From NCBI RefSeq assembly GCF_009914755.1, contig NC_060926.1: a stretch of DNA of 64,000 nucleotides, one strand, 5' to 3'. A model generated the notes under the pieces. It ran no database searches and was not told the DNA's origin. It worked only from the letters and a program-made list of their open reading frames with translations. Positions within the stretch are counted from its first letter, which is position 1, and each line of letters opens with the position of its first letter. Shown here one piece after another: positions 28,231 through 41,250 of this stretch. Made by a program: the position numbers and the translations under genes. Source of the stretch: the human T2T-CHM13v2.0 reference genome, Homo sapiens.

Positions 28231-28638
28231 TGACATGCTTTGGATATTTGTCCCTGCCCAAATCTCATGTCGAATTGTAATCCCCAATGCTGGAAGTGGG
28301 GCCTAGTGAGAAGTATTTGGTTCATGAGGGTGGCTCCCTCCTGGCTTGGTGCTGTCTTGGTGATAGTGAGTTCTCATGAGATCTGGTGGATTAGAAGTGT
28401 GCAGCACCTACACCCCCTGACCCTTTATCTTTCTCCTGCTCCTGCTCTCGCCATATAACATGCCTGCTCCTGCTTTACCTTCTGACATGATTCAGATTCC
28501 TGAGGCCTCCTCAGAAGCAGATGTCAGAGCGATGCTTCCTGTACAGCCTGCAGAACTATGCACCAATTAAATCTCTTTTCCTATAAATTACCCAGTCTCA
28601 GGTATTTCTTGATAGTGATGCAAGAACAGATTAATACA
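28231..28638 (+). mobile_element. Solo MSTA-type LTR
   Basis: TGACATGCTTTGGATATTTGTCCC...CCCAGTCTCAGGTATTTC...GATTAATACA; TSD GATAT/GACAT. Confidence 0.9.
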
Positions 28639-28966
28639 GACATTGTCAAGTGTTGACAAGAAAATGAAGCAAGTAGAACTCTCCTAAATTGCTAGTGGAA
28701 GTGAAAAATTGTATTACAATTTTGGAAGTTAGTTTGGCAGTTTTTCATAAAGCTAATTACACAATCTCTTTATGACCCAGCAGTTCCACTCCTTGGTATT
28801 TACTCAAGAGAAATGAAAATATGTGTCCACAAAAAGACTTGTACAAATATGTTCATAGTAGCTTTATTCATAACAATCCCAACATGAAAATAAACCACAC
28901 GTCCACAAATGGAAATTTGATGAAGAAATTGTATTGTGTTCATACAGCAAAATGCAATTCAGACAG

Positions 28967-29259
28967 TTTTTTTTTTTTTGAGACAGAGTCTTGCTGTCAC
29001 CCAGACTGGAGTGCAGTGGTGCGATCTTGGCTCACTGCAGGCTCCTCCCCGCAGGGTTCATGCCATTCTCCTACCTCAGCCTCCTGAGTAGCTGGGACTA
29101 TAGGTGCCCGCCACCTCGCCCGGCTAATTTTTTGTATTTTTAGTAGAGACGGGGTTTCACCGTGTTAGCCAGGAAGGTCTCGATCTCCTGACCTCGTGAT
29201 CCACCCGCCTCAGCCTCCCAAAGTGCTGGGATTACAGGCGTGAGCCACCGTGCCCGGCC
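28967..29259 (-). mobile_element. AluY (Ye5-like)
   Basis: On the sense strand: GGCGAGGTGGCGG, GGAGCCTGCAG and a 2-bp-short GACAGCAAGAC; CAGACA(G/T)TTTT at the flanks. Confidence 0.9.
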
Positions 29260-31188
29260 CAGACATTTTTTAAAAAGAATCAAATACTGATAACAAAACA
29301 ACATGAATTATCTCAAAAATATTATATTGAGCTAAAGAAGCCCAACACAAAAGTGTGCATAATGAGTCATTTCATTTTTATGAAGTTCTAGAGCAGGTAA
29401 AACTAGGCTACTGTAATACAAATTTGAACAAGATTGTTTCTGGGTGAAGGGGGCGTATCAATATTGACCTGGCCATGAAAAACCTTTTTGGAAAGATAAA
29501 AATGTTCAATGTTTTAATTGGTGATGTGTTTGCATACTGAGTCAACAACTGTCAAATTTTATTGAACTAAGTACTTAAGACCTGTGTTATATAGTATATA
29601 AATTACACCTCAATTAATTAAAAATTGCCACCAAGTGATTTCTAGGAGTCCCTTTCTACTCTAATACTCTTGTCATGACCATAGTGATTTTCCAAGTATT
29701 AGCTGTGATACAAATAATTATTGAAGGAACTCTGTAAGTTACACTTAGACCCGTTTGCATGTTACTGTCTTAAAGCTTAACGCTATTTAAGTGTTTAATG
29801 AGGTCCAATATGCAACTAATGAACTATCCAAATAAAATGCTACCATATATGACTCATGTTATGCACTGTATTGTTCAACAGCTGTCAATCTCAAATCTTC
29901 TGACTTCCAGTCAGAACTACACTACTATGAAAATCCTGCTGTTTTGTTATTACAGCTTTTTACTACAAAATCTTCGTATTATCCAGTATTTTTGGATTTT
30001 TAAAGGTCATTCTTATTTTAACATAGCTTTATCTGTATCAAAACTAGATAGTCCTAATCTAAACATAGCATTTGTTCAGACTCTCAGCATGTCCCCAAGG
30101 GCAACATGAAACAAGTTGAATTTTATTTTTGACAAAACTTTTAAAGTTAGTTTTCATGAAGATTATGTTAAGCAATTGAAAAATGAGAATAAGGATGAAA
30201 TAGTTTTGTGTAAATCCCACTGATACCTACTTTCACAATTTAAAATAACAACTTCCGTTTTTTCAACAGTGTAAAAAAAAATTCCATCCTAGAACTACTT
30301 AAATCTTTGCTTCATGCCAAATACTTCACAAGATAGAATAACAACATAATTACAATGTTCTAAAATGGATTTAGCAAAGCAATCACAAAAGTCCTGCAAT
30401 GTTAAAAGCCAGATATTAGATGCAATTCCTTCTCACTCTCTCTTCCATCCTGACATAAATTACAAATGTCAGTTTCTTTCAAATGAAACTGTGTGAATAT
30501 CAAGCCTCTAGGAGAGATCATGAAAGCACATGGCCCTTGCTGACAGGATCTCTGCAGATCTTTTTTCTTCAAACTCAGAAACTACAGAATCCCAGCTGTT
30601 CAAACGTCTGATAGAAATAAGGGCTTGGACAAGTTCCATCTGGCTGAACTTTAACAGCACAAACAGGAATAAAGCAGTACTCAAAGGCAAGGATTTTGAA
30701 TGACTAAATATTCCTGTAAAGGTAAATTAGAACAAAATGCATAGTAATATAACATAAAATAATTTAAGCATAAAATGTTAACAGGATTGTCCTCACTTCA
30801 GTATTCCATCTAAAATAAAGATATGCATGTATTTATTTATGAAATATTTTTCTTTCCAAAAGTGGGTATTTTTCAGGATCATCTTGCTTAGTCTACAGCA
30901 GTAGGAGAGGTTTCAGTGAGGATGAAGATCTTTTCTATTGTTCTATTCCATCCTTGATGGTCCAGGGACTTGGAGGAGCCCCTTACTTTGTAGCAATTCA
31001 CAGGCAAAGCTGGAAATTCTGGACTACCATCCTGATGGTACACTTCTGAACGTGGCATACAAAATCTATCAAAATCACATTTTCTTTTAATTTTGTTTTC
31101 TCTACCCTTTCTTTAAATGCTTACTATGGTCCTTTACTCTATCATGCCTCTCTACATTTACCTATTTTCTCCCTGATTCTCCTCTTAA

Positions 31189-31527
<339 letters not shown>

Positions 31528-32647
31528 CCAGCTCCTCTTTAACTTTCCTAGCTTTCTGTCTCTCCTGCCCGGGTAAAATAGATCATGCCCTTTGCCCACT
31601 CACGGCAATGTGATACATTTTCTGGTTCGTTTTGAGAAGAATGGTATATGTGCTAATTTTATAACAAATAAAAACAATTTAAAATTTATCTTCAATGGAT
31701 CTTTTGAAAGAGTCATTTTGCAAAAATTTGAAATTCATGTTGCAGGTAATCTTATAATTTTTGTCCTTAACTGTTTGTTTTCAATGAACATTTGTAGAAT
31801 TTTTAATTGCGAAAATTATTTCTTCAACTTTAGGATAGTTATAATTAGATAATTATAAGGATTATTATTTGAGGATAATTATTAGGCATGGATAGTGCCT
31901 AGCAGAATCCAGTTCACAAGGTAACCAGACTAATAGTTATTTAATAAAGCAATAAATATCACTGAATGAACCTCAGCTGGGCCATGACCAGTTACTATGC
32001 TGAAGAGCACTAAAAAATGCACCAGTATCCTAGAAATGAGAAGTCAGATACAGGGCATACTGTAGTGTGTCTGGGAGAAGAATACCTGTTGACTTCGTAG
32101 TCAAGATTACTAGCCATGGCAGATGTGATGGTTGTATTTGAGCCAAAGCAGTGATGGACATGGAGAAGTAGTAATGAGCTCTAAGCACTTAGAATCTAGA
32201 AGTGGTCAGGACAGGAATGTAGACAGTCAAATTATATGGTTACTCTGATATGATTGTGATAGGTTTTCTCTTTCTTCATGAATGTGTACTTTTTTTTTTT
32301 TTTACATTTCTCAGAAGAAATAGAACTATTGAAGTTGTAACAGATTTTTAACACAGACTATGTTATTTTTCATCTAGAATACTGGGAGGAAGGGGAGCTT
32401 TCTATCAGCTCCCACTTCATCATCATGCTCTTTCTAGCCCAGTCATGAAACATCTGAATTCACTGTTGGGATATCTAATTAGGCCAAAATGTGATTTAGA
32501 ATAGTTGCCAGAGTAGTCAATGAAGCGTTACATTATAAGGCTCACAGGATGGTGGCGAATTGCCCTTTTAAAGGGCCTTTGTTGAATGTATCAGTGTAAT
32601 GTCATGTGTTGCACAGAAAGTACAAGTTGCTTATAAACGTTATATTA

Positions 32648-33037
<390 letters not shown>

Positions 33038-33164
33038 TCATTGTTTCTGGATCACATGTGTTTTTCACTAATCCCTAAATTATTATACATTTCTGTAACA
33101 ATTATTATTTGCAGTATTTATATTATGTATAATATTAAGTTTTGACAATAAACAAATACATACT

Positions 33165-33778
33165 TTTGGTAGGTAGACTTCTAGGAATGACCCCCCAATA
33201 ACCCTTACCTTTTTATAAGCTCTCCTTTGAGTATAGGTGGAAACTGTGACTATGATAAAATATTACTCTGCTATGTTATATGGTAAAGCTAGACTTAAAA
33301 TTAGTAGATTATCCAAGTGTTCAAATCTAATCACATGAGTCCTTTAAAAGCAGAGTTTTCCTTGAACAGTGATATAAGAAGGCAGAAGAGCAAATAAGAA
33401 AGATATAAAGCTAGAGAACGTTTTGACAAATGGTTTGAAGATGGAAGGGCTCAAGAACAAGGAAGAAGAGCAGTCTTTAGAAGCTAAAAGGTAGCCCCTG
33501 ACTAACAACCAGCAAGTAAATGGAGACTTCACTCTCACAGCTATGAAAAGAAATGAATTCTGCCAAAATATATTGCACTTGGAGCCAGAGATTTTCCCAA
33601 AGCTTCCAGATAAGAGCCCAGCCTAGCTAACACCTTGATTTCATTCTTGTGATATTCCATACATACATCCCAGCCTAGCATGCTTGAATTTCTGACCCAC
33701 AGAACTTTTCACTAATAAATAGGTGTCATAAGCTACTGTTTATAATAACTTGTTACTTAACCAAAGAAAACTAATATA
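33165..33778 (+). mobile_element. Solo MLT1E-type LTR
   Basis: CTAATCACATGAGTCCTTTAAAAGCAGAGTTTTC...TGAATTCTGCCAA...CCAGATAAGAGCCCAGCC...AGAAAACTAATA. Confidence 0.8.
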
Positions 33779-35573
33779 GCATCTGAAATCAAGAGACACA
33801 CAGCTTAGTTTACTGTTTAGAAAAAAAAAACTAAATTTTGAGGATATTTTCTTTTGGAGCAAAATATTCCAGAAACACACTACTATTCACTTAACATCTA
33901 TTTTTTTCTACTTTTATACTCTCCTATAGGCTGTACTAGAAGATTTAAATAGGTATCTTCCAAAATATGAATTATAGCATTTTGTGTAAGTTAATAATTA
34001 AAAGTCTGAAAAGCATGTATGGAAAACATATTTAAAAGTAAGAAATGGTGCTAGATAAATTTAAAGTTTCCATAGCTAAATAAGTAAAATTGACCAAGAT
34101 AATCATTAACAACACCATACCACCAATACGTTAAAACCCCAATTAAATATCTCCCTCATTCTGGTCCCAAGTCTTCTCCTTGCCTCATCTGCAATTAATC
34201 CCATTCTCCAAGACTCCCCATAATCTAAAAATAGCTTGGGAATTTCTCATGCCGTCTTTCTAGTAACCTATTCCTCACTGTCTGTGCTCTCTTTTCTTCT
34301 CTTTCTATCCAATTTCCACCCATACTTCAAGACATATTTAAAGTCCTTCCTGAAGTTCTTGCAACCTTCTCTTGCTGTGAAAATCTTTTTTCAAATTCTC
34401 AAGTGCTTCTTATCTGTGCTGAGTTTTTGCTTTTCCATTTTATATATTTCCATCATCTCAAATATCATCTTGAGCCATTAGTTAACTGATCTTGTCTCTC
34501 TATGTAGATTGTAGTTTAATGAAGGACAGAGATAATGTCATAAATACAGGAAATGACCAGTATATGACAGTTTATCTGAATATTTATAAATATGAAAGAA
34601 AATTTAAAAATAAATTTAAAACATATATAATACAAGGCGAAGGAAAAGTGAATTAGATAACATTTTAGATCTAGTTGGATGCAAGAAAATATGCCGACTG
34701 GAGAGAGGTAGGCAGAGCAAGATGGCAGAGTATGGCCCTCCAGTAGTTATCCCCCAACAAAAACATCAATTTGGAAACCATTCATGCATGGAAATACCTA
34801 CACAAGAGCTAAGAAAACCAGGTGAGAGATCACAGTATCTAACTGTAGCAAAACAGTGAGAAAAGATATAATACGGAGGATGGGAAGGACAATTTTACAT
34901 TACTCGCATCATTCTTCCCCAACCCCAGGCATTTCAGCATGGAGAGAGATGCCATTTGCTTGGAGGGAAGAGACAGAAGTGAGCACAGGACTTTGCCTTG
35001 GATTCCACCACACGGCCTACTACAGTAAAACTCAGCACTGGGAAGACTTCTATAGTCTCATACTCCGTGATGGTACTTTTGGACTGAGCCTGTAGAAATG
35101 CCTTGGTGCCATATTGGAGCACACAGCCCCAGGATTTAGGCTTCTGTGGTAGACTTGATCTCTAGACCACATCACCAGCAGGCTGACTTCAGCAGCTCCA
35201 TGCTCCAGACAATCCTTAGTGACAGGCAGCCCTCAGTGGCTCTGAGCTTCTGGCCCATCCCAGTGCCATGCCTGCCACAGGGCTTTCCCAGACAAAGCCA
35301 GTTTACAAATACTGAAATGAGTATCTACTTTTTCAAATATGCACACATAGACACATGACCACAAGAATCAAGAAGAATTAAGGAAACATCATCAAACAGA
35401 CAAAATGAGGTTCCAGTGATTGACCCTAAAAAATGAAATATATAAACCACCTGACAAAAAAAATTCAAAATAACCATTTAAGTAGGCTTAGTGAACTTCA
35501 GGATATATGAAAAATGATTCAACAAAATGAGAAAAATAATAAATTACCAAAAAGCAAAATTTAATAAAGAGAA

Positions 35574-35574
<1 letters not shown>

Positions 35575-35607
<33 letters not shown>
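35575..35607. repeat. (AAT)n microsatellite inside L1 ORF1
   Basis: Direct reading. Confidence 0.9.
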
Positions 35608-35610
<3 letters not shown>

Positions 35611-36726
35611 TAGAAATCCAGGAGCTGAAAAATACAACAAACAAAATTAAAAATTAAAAATGCTATAGAGAGTAAATTAATGAAGTAGATACAAATAACT
35701 TGAACTCTAAGACAGGTTATTTGAAAATATGTAGTCAGAAGAGGGAAAAAAATAATAAAAAGAAATCAGGTTAGCTTACAGGATTTGTGGAACAGCATCA
35801 AAAGAGCAAATATTCCAGTCACAGGAGTTCAAAAAGGAAAAGTGAAATATAAAGGGATAGAAAGCTTATTTTATAAAATAGTAGCAGAAAATTTTCTAAA
35901 CCTGGAGAAAGATGTAAATATTGAAATACAGAAAGGTCAAATATCTCCAATCAAATTCAATTCAAATAAGACTACCCCAGTACCTATTATAATCAAACTG
36001 TCAAAAACTCAAAGACAAGGAGAAGACTGAAAGCAGCAAGAGAAAAGAAGGAAATAGCATATAATAGGATTCCAGTACAGCTAGGAGCAGACTTATCAAC
36101 AGGAGCTTTACAGGCCAGGAGAGGGCAGAATGATAGATTCAAAATCCTAAAGGGACAAACTGTCAACCAATAATACTGTACCCAACAAAGCTTTATAAAT
36201 GAAGGCATGATAACAACTTTCCCAGAAAAACAAAAGCAGAGGGAATCCATCTCCACCAGGCCTGTCTTACAAGAAACACTAAAGGGAATTATTCAAGTTG
36301 AAAGAAAAGGATGCTAATGTGTAACATGAAGACATATGAAAGTACAAATCTCACTGCTAGTCACACAGACAAATTCATCATACTCTAATACTATAGTGGT
36401 GATACACAAATCACTTATAACTTCAGTGCGAAGGTTGACAGTCAAAACTATTAAAAATAATAATAGCAACAGTAATTTGTTAAGAAATATGAAATATAAA
36501 AAGATGGAAATTATGACATCAAAAAGTCAAAATGTGAGGGGAGGAATGGAATAAATGTATATTTTGTGGGTTTTTTTAAAATCAAAATCAAGTTTTTATT
36601 GGCTTAAAAGAAAGTTATTAGATTTTTTGCAAGCTTCATGTTAATCACAAAGCAAAAATCTATAGTGGATACACAAAAAAATAAAAAGCAAGGAATCAAA
36701 ACATACCATTAAAGAAAAATGCTTAG

Positions 36727-36818
36727 ATGAAAGAAACAGAAAGAAAGAAGAAGAAAGAAAGAAAGAAAGAAAGAAAGAAGAAAAAAAGAAAGAAAAGAAA
36801 GAAAGAAAAAAGAAAGAG
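36727..36818. repeat. (AAAG)n-like polypurine tract
   Basis: Direct reading; continues beyond the SVA at 38497-38544. Confidence 0.9.
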
Positions 36819-38496
36819 CTCTCCCTCTCCCTCCTCTCCCTCTCCCTCCTCTCCCTCTCCCTCCTCTCCCTCTCCCTCCTCTCCCTCTCCCTCCTCTCCC
36901 TCTCCCTCCTCTCCCTCTCCCTCCTCTCCCTCTCCCTCTCCGTCTCCCTCTCTCTCCACGGTCTCCCTCTGATGCCCGGCCGAAGCTGGACTGTACTGCT
37001 GCCATCTCGGCTCACTGCAACCTCCCTGCCTGATTCTTCTGCCTCAGCCTGCCGAGTGCCTGTGATTGCGGGCGCGTGCCGCCACGCCTGACTGTGTTTT
37101 TTTGGTGGAGACGGGGTTTCGCTGTGTTGGCCGGGCTGGTCCTAACCGCGAGTGATCTGCCAGCCTCGGCCTCCTGAGGTGCCGGGATTGCGGACGGAGT
37201 CTCGTTCACTCAGTGCTCAATGTTGCCCAGGCTGGAGTGCAGTGGCGTGATCTTGGCTAGCTACAACCTCCACCTCCCAGCCGCCTGCCTTGGCCTCCCA
37301 AAGTGCCGAGATTACAGCCTCTGCCCAGCCGCCACCCCGTCTGGGAAGTGAGGAGCGTCTCTGCTTGGCCGCCCATCATCTGGGATGTGAGGATCCCCTC
37401 TGCCCGGCTGCCCAGTCTGGGAAGTGAGGAGCACCTCTTCCTGGCCGCCATCCCATCTAAGAAGTGAGGAGTGTCTCTGCCCGGCTGCCCATCGTCTGAG
37501 ATGTGGGGAGCACCTCTGCCCCGGCGCCCTGTCTGGGATGTGAGGAGCGCCTCTGCCCGGCCGCGACCCCATCTGGGAGGTGAGGAACGTCTCTGCCCGG
37601 CCGCTCCGTCCAAGAAGTGAGGAGCCCCTCCGCCCAGCAGCCACCCCGTCTGAGAAGTGAGGAGCCCCTCCGCCCAGCAGCCGCCCCATCTGAGAAGCGA
37701 GGAGCCCCTCCGCCCGGCAGCCGCCCCATCTGAGAAGTGAGGAGCCCCTCCGCCCGGCAGCTGCCCCGTCTGGGAAGTGAGGAGCGTCTCCGCCCGGCAG
37801 CCACCTCGTCCAGGAGGGAGGTGGAGGGCCAGCCCCCACCCGGCCAGCCGCCCTGTCTGGGAGGGAGGTGGGGGGCACCTCCACCCGGCCGCCGCCCCGT
37901 CTGGGAGGTGGGGGGCGCCTCTGCCCGGCCGCCCCTTCTGGGAGGTGAGGAGCCCCTCTGCCCGGCCACCACCCGGTCTGGGAGGCGCACCCAACAGCTC
38001 ACTGAGAATGGGCCATGATGACGACGGCGGTTTTGTGAAATAGAAAAGGGGGAAAGGTGGGGAAAAGATAGAGAGATCGGATTATTGCTGTGTCTGTGTG
38101 GAAAGAAGTAGACATGGGAGACTTCATTTTGTTCTGTACTAAGAAAAATTCTTCTGCCTTGGGATGCTGTTGATCTATGACCTTACCCCCAACCCTGTGC
38201 TCTCTGAAACATGTGCTGTGTCCACTCAGGGTTAAATGGATTAAGGGCAGTGCAAGATGTGCTTTGTTAAGCAGATGCTTGAAGGCAGCATACTCGTTAA
38301 GAGTCATCACCACTCCCTAATCTCAAGTACCCAGGGACACAAACACTGCGGAAGGCTGCAGGGTCCTCTGCCTAGGAAAGCCAGAGACCTTTGTTCACTT
38401 GTTTATCTGCTGACCTTCCCTCCACTATTGTCCTATGACCCTGCCAAATCCCCCTCTGCCAGAAACACCCAAGAATGATCAATAAAAAAAAAAAAA
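36819..38496 (+). mobile_element. Full-length SVA (C/D-type): CT head, Alu-like domain, VNTR (~37318-37985), SINE-R, poly(A)
   Basis: CCACGGTCTCCCTCTGATG...CTCAGTGCTCAATGTTGCCCAGG; GC-rich VNTR; SINE-R ending CCCAAGAATGATCAATAAAAA; probable TSD AAAGAA(A/G)AAAGAAAGAG in low-complexity sequence. Confidence 0.97.
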
Positions 38497-38544
38497 GAAG
38501 AAAGAAAGAGAGAAAGAAAGAAAGAAGAAAGAAAGAGAGAGAGA

Positions 38545-38860
<316 letters not shown>

Positions 38861-40081
38861 TCACTCTACAAAACAACTAGAAAACAATAAACAAAATGGC
38901 AGCAGTATCAATAATTACCTTGAATGTAAATGTATTAAGTTCTCCAATAGAAAGACACTGAATGGTTGAATGGATAAAAAAAGACCCAAGTATATGCTGC
39001 CTACCGCATACTTCAACTGTAAGGAAACACATAGACTCAAAGTGAAGGGATAGAAAAAGATATTCCATGGAAATAGAAACCAAAAAAGAGCAGGAGTAAC
39101 TATACCTATACAGACAAAATAGACTTTAAGTAAAACCTATACAAAGAGACAAAGAAGATCATTATATAATGATGGAGGGGTCAATTAAGCAAGAGACTAT
39201 AATGGTTATAAATAGATATGAATACAACATTGTAGCACTTAAATATATATGAGAAATATTAATAGATCTGAAGAGAGAGACACACTGCAATACAATAATA
39301 GTAGGGGATATCAACACTCCACTTTCAGCAATGAACAGATTCAACCAGACAGAAAATCAAGAAGGAAACATCAAAGTTAAACTGCAATCTAGGCATAACA
39401 GATATATACAGAAAACTTCATCCCCCAACTGCAAAATACACATTCTTCTCAACTGCACACAAAACATTCTCCAGGACTGATTATATGTCAGGCCACAAAA
39501 TAAGTCTTCATAAATTTAAGAAAATTAAAATTTTATGAACTATCTTTTCTGACCACAATGGTATAAAACTAGAAATTAATAACAGCAAGACTTTCAGAAG
39601 ATTCATAAATACATGGAAATTAATATGCACCTAAACAGCCAATGATCAATGAAGAAATTTAAAGAAAAATTTAAAAATATTTTAAGACAAATGAAAATAA
39701 AAACACAACATACCTATGGGATATAGCAAAAGCAGTTATAAGAGGAAAGTGTACAGCAATAAATACCCACATCAAAAAAAGAAACATCTCAAACAATCTA
39801 GCACTGCACCTCAAGAAAGGAGGAAAGCAAGAACAAATTAAGCTTAAAGTATATGGAAGGAAGTAATATAGATCAGAACAAAAATGAAATAAAGACCAGA
39901 AAAAATAGAAAAGTTAACAAAATTAAGAGTTGATTTCCTGAAATGATGATTAATATCAACAAACCTATAGCTAGACTAAGAAAAAAAGAGAGAAAACTCA
40001 AATAAAAACTTTTAAATGAGACATTACAACTGATAAAGCAGACATACAATGCATCATGAGAGACTACTATGAACAATTGTA

Positions 40082-40340
40082 AAAGAGGACTTCAAAAGAT
40101 TCATGGAAAAATGAAGTTAAAAGATAAAAATAAAAATTATAAACTTTAGTTCTCAAAATAAGTTCAATCAAGTTCAAGATACTTTTGTAAGTAATGATAC
40201 CAACCATTAAGTCCATCCCTAAAGAACTGAGAATCTTGAGAATTTAACTGTGTCAATGCAGTCTTTTTTACATTATTAACTAAAGAAAAATGAGTGCTTT
40301 ATACAGATATTTTTAAGATTAGGAAACAAAGCAAAGTCAG
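40082..40340 (-). mobile_element. HSMAR2 mariner 3' end (TIR plus transposase C-terminus)
   Basis: TA followed by a TIR-like ACTTCAAAAGATTCATGGAAAAATG; minus strand reads THFSLVNNVKKTALTQLNSQDSQFFRDGLNGWYHYLQKYLELD*TYFEN*. Confidence 0.88.
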
Positions 40341-40706
40341 GAAACTATCAACAGAGTGAACAGACAACCTATAGAATGAGAGAAAATACTTGCAAACTAT
40401 ATATCTGAAAAGGGTGTTTTGAATATATGAGGTTGTGTATATATTCAAAATATACGAGGTATACAAACCATAGCAAGAATACAAATAACCCAATTAAAAA
40501 ATGGACAAAGGGCATGAATATACATTTCTCAAAGAAGACTTATAAGTGATATATTAAAAAAATACTTAATATCAGTAATCATCAGGGAAATGCAAATTAA
40601 AACCAAATAACATGCAATAAATAAAATAAAACCAAATAAAAGCAAATAAAATGAAATAACACCTCACAGCTGTTAGAAGAGCTACTATCAAAAAGACAAA
40701 AGACAG

Positions 40707-41250
40707 TGTGATGGTTAATAGTGTCAACTTCATTGGATTGAAGGATCCAAAGTATTGTTCCTGGGTGTGTCTGTGAGGGTGTTGCCAAAGGAGATTAACA
40801 TTCCAGTCGGTGGATTGGGAGAGGTAGACTCACCCTCAATCTGGGTGAGCACCATCTTATCAGCTGTCAGTGCAGACAGAATAAGGCAGGCAAAAGAAGG
40901 TGGAAAGAGCAGACTTGCTGAGTTTTCCAGCCTTTATCTTTCTTCTGTGCTGGATGCTTCCTGCCCTTGAATATCGGACTCCAAGTTCTTCAGCTTTTGG
41001 ACGCTTGGACTTACACGGGCGGTTTGCGAGGGGCTCTTGGGCCATCAGCCACAGACTGAAGGCTGATCTGTCAGCTTCCCTACCTTTGAGGTTTTGGGAT
41101 TCAGACTGGCTTTCTTGCTCCTGAGCTTGCAGAGGGCCTATTGTATGATTTCACCTTGTGATCATGTGAGTCGGTACTCCTTAATAAACTCCTCATCATA
41201 TATACATCTATCCCACTAGTTCTGTCCCTCTAGAGAATCTAGACTAACAC
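40707..41250 (+). mobile_element. MLT2A 5' LTR of HERVL
   Basis: TGTGATGGTTAATA...TTGGATTGAAGGAT...AGTATTGTTCCTGGGTGTGTCTGTGAGGGTGTTGCC; AATAAA near 41183; ends CTCTAGAGAATCTAGACTAACACA. Confidence 0.93.

Larger units (their letters stand above)
25350..29620 (+). mobile_element. Old L1M (ME/MD-type) ORF2 end and 3'UTR, interrupted by THE1B, MSTA and AluY
   Basis: L1 pieces at ~25350-25892, 28186-28230, 28644-28966 and 29260-29620 (e.g. TATGACCCAGCAGTTCCACTCCTTGGTATTTACTCAAGAGAAATGAAAATATGTGTCCACAAAAAGACTTGTAC). Confidence 0.8.

Noticed and set aside
36641-37015. RG-, ER-, EG- and SP-repeat ORFs (the EG repeat resembles RPGR ORF15, the RG repeat resembles RGG boxes)
   Set aside because: Translations of the SVA CT head and AAAG tract, not genes
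37318-37985. Repeated ~40-bp units that could suggest a CRISPR-like array
   Set aside because: Contiguous degenerate VNTR units without unique spacers; eukaryotic SVA context, no cas genes
37257-38043. Several long GC-rich ORFs and a CpG-island-like stretch
   Set aside because: SVA VNTR; stop-poor by composition
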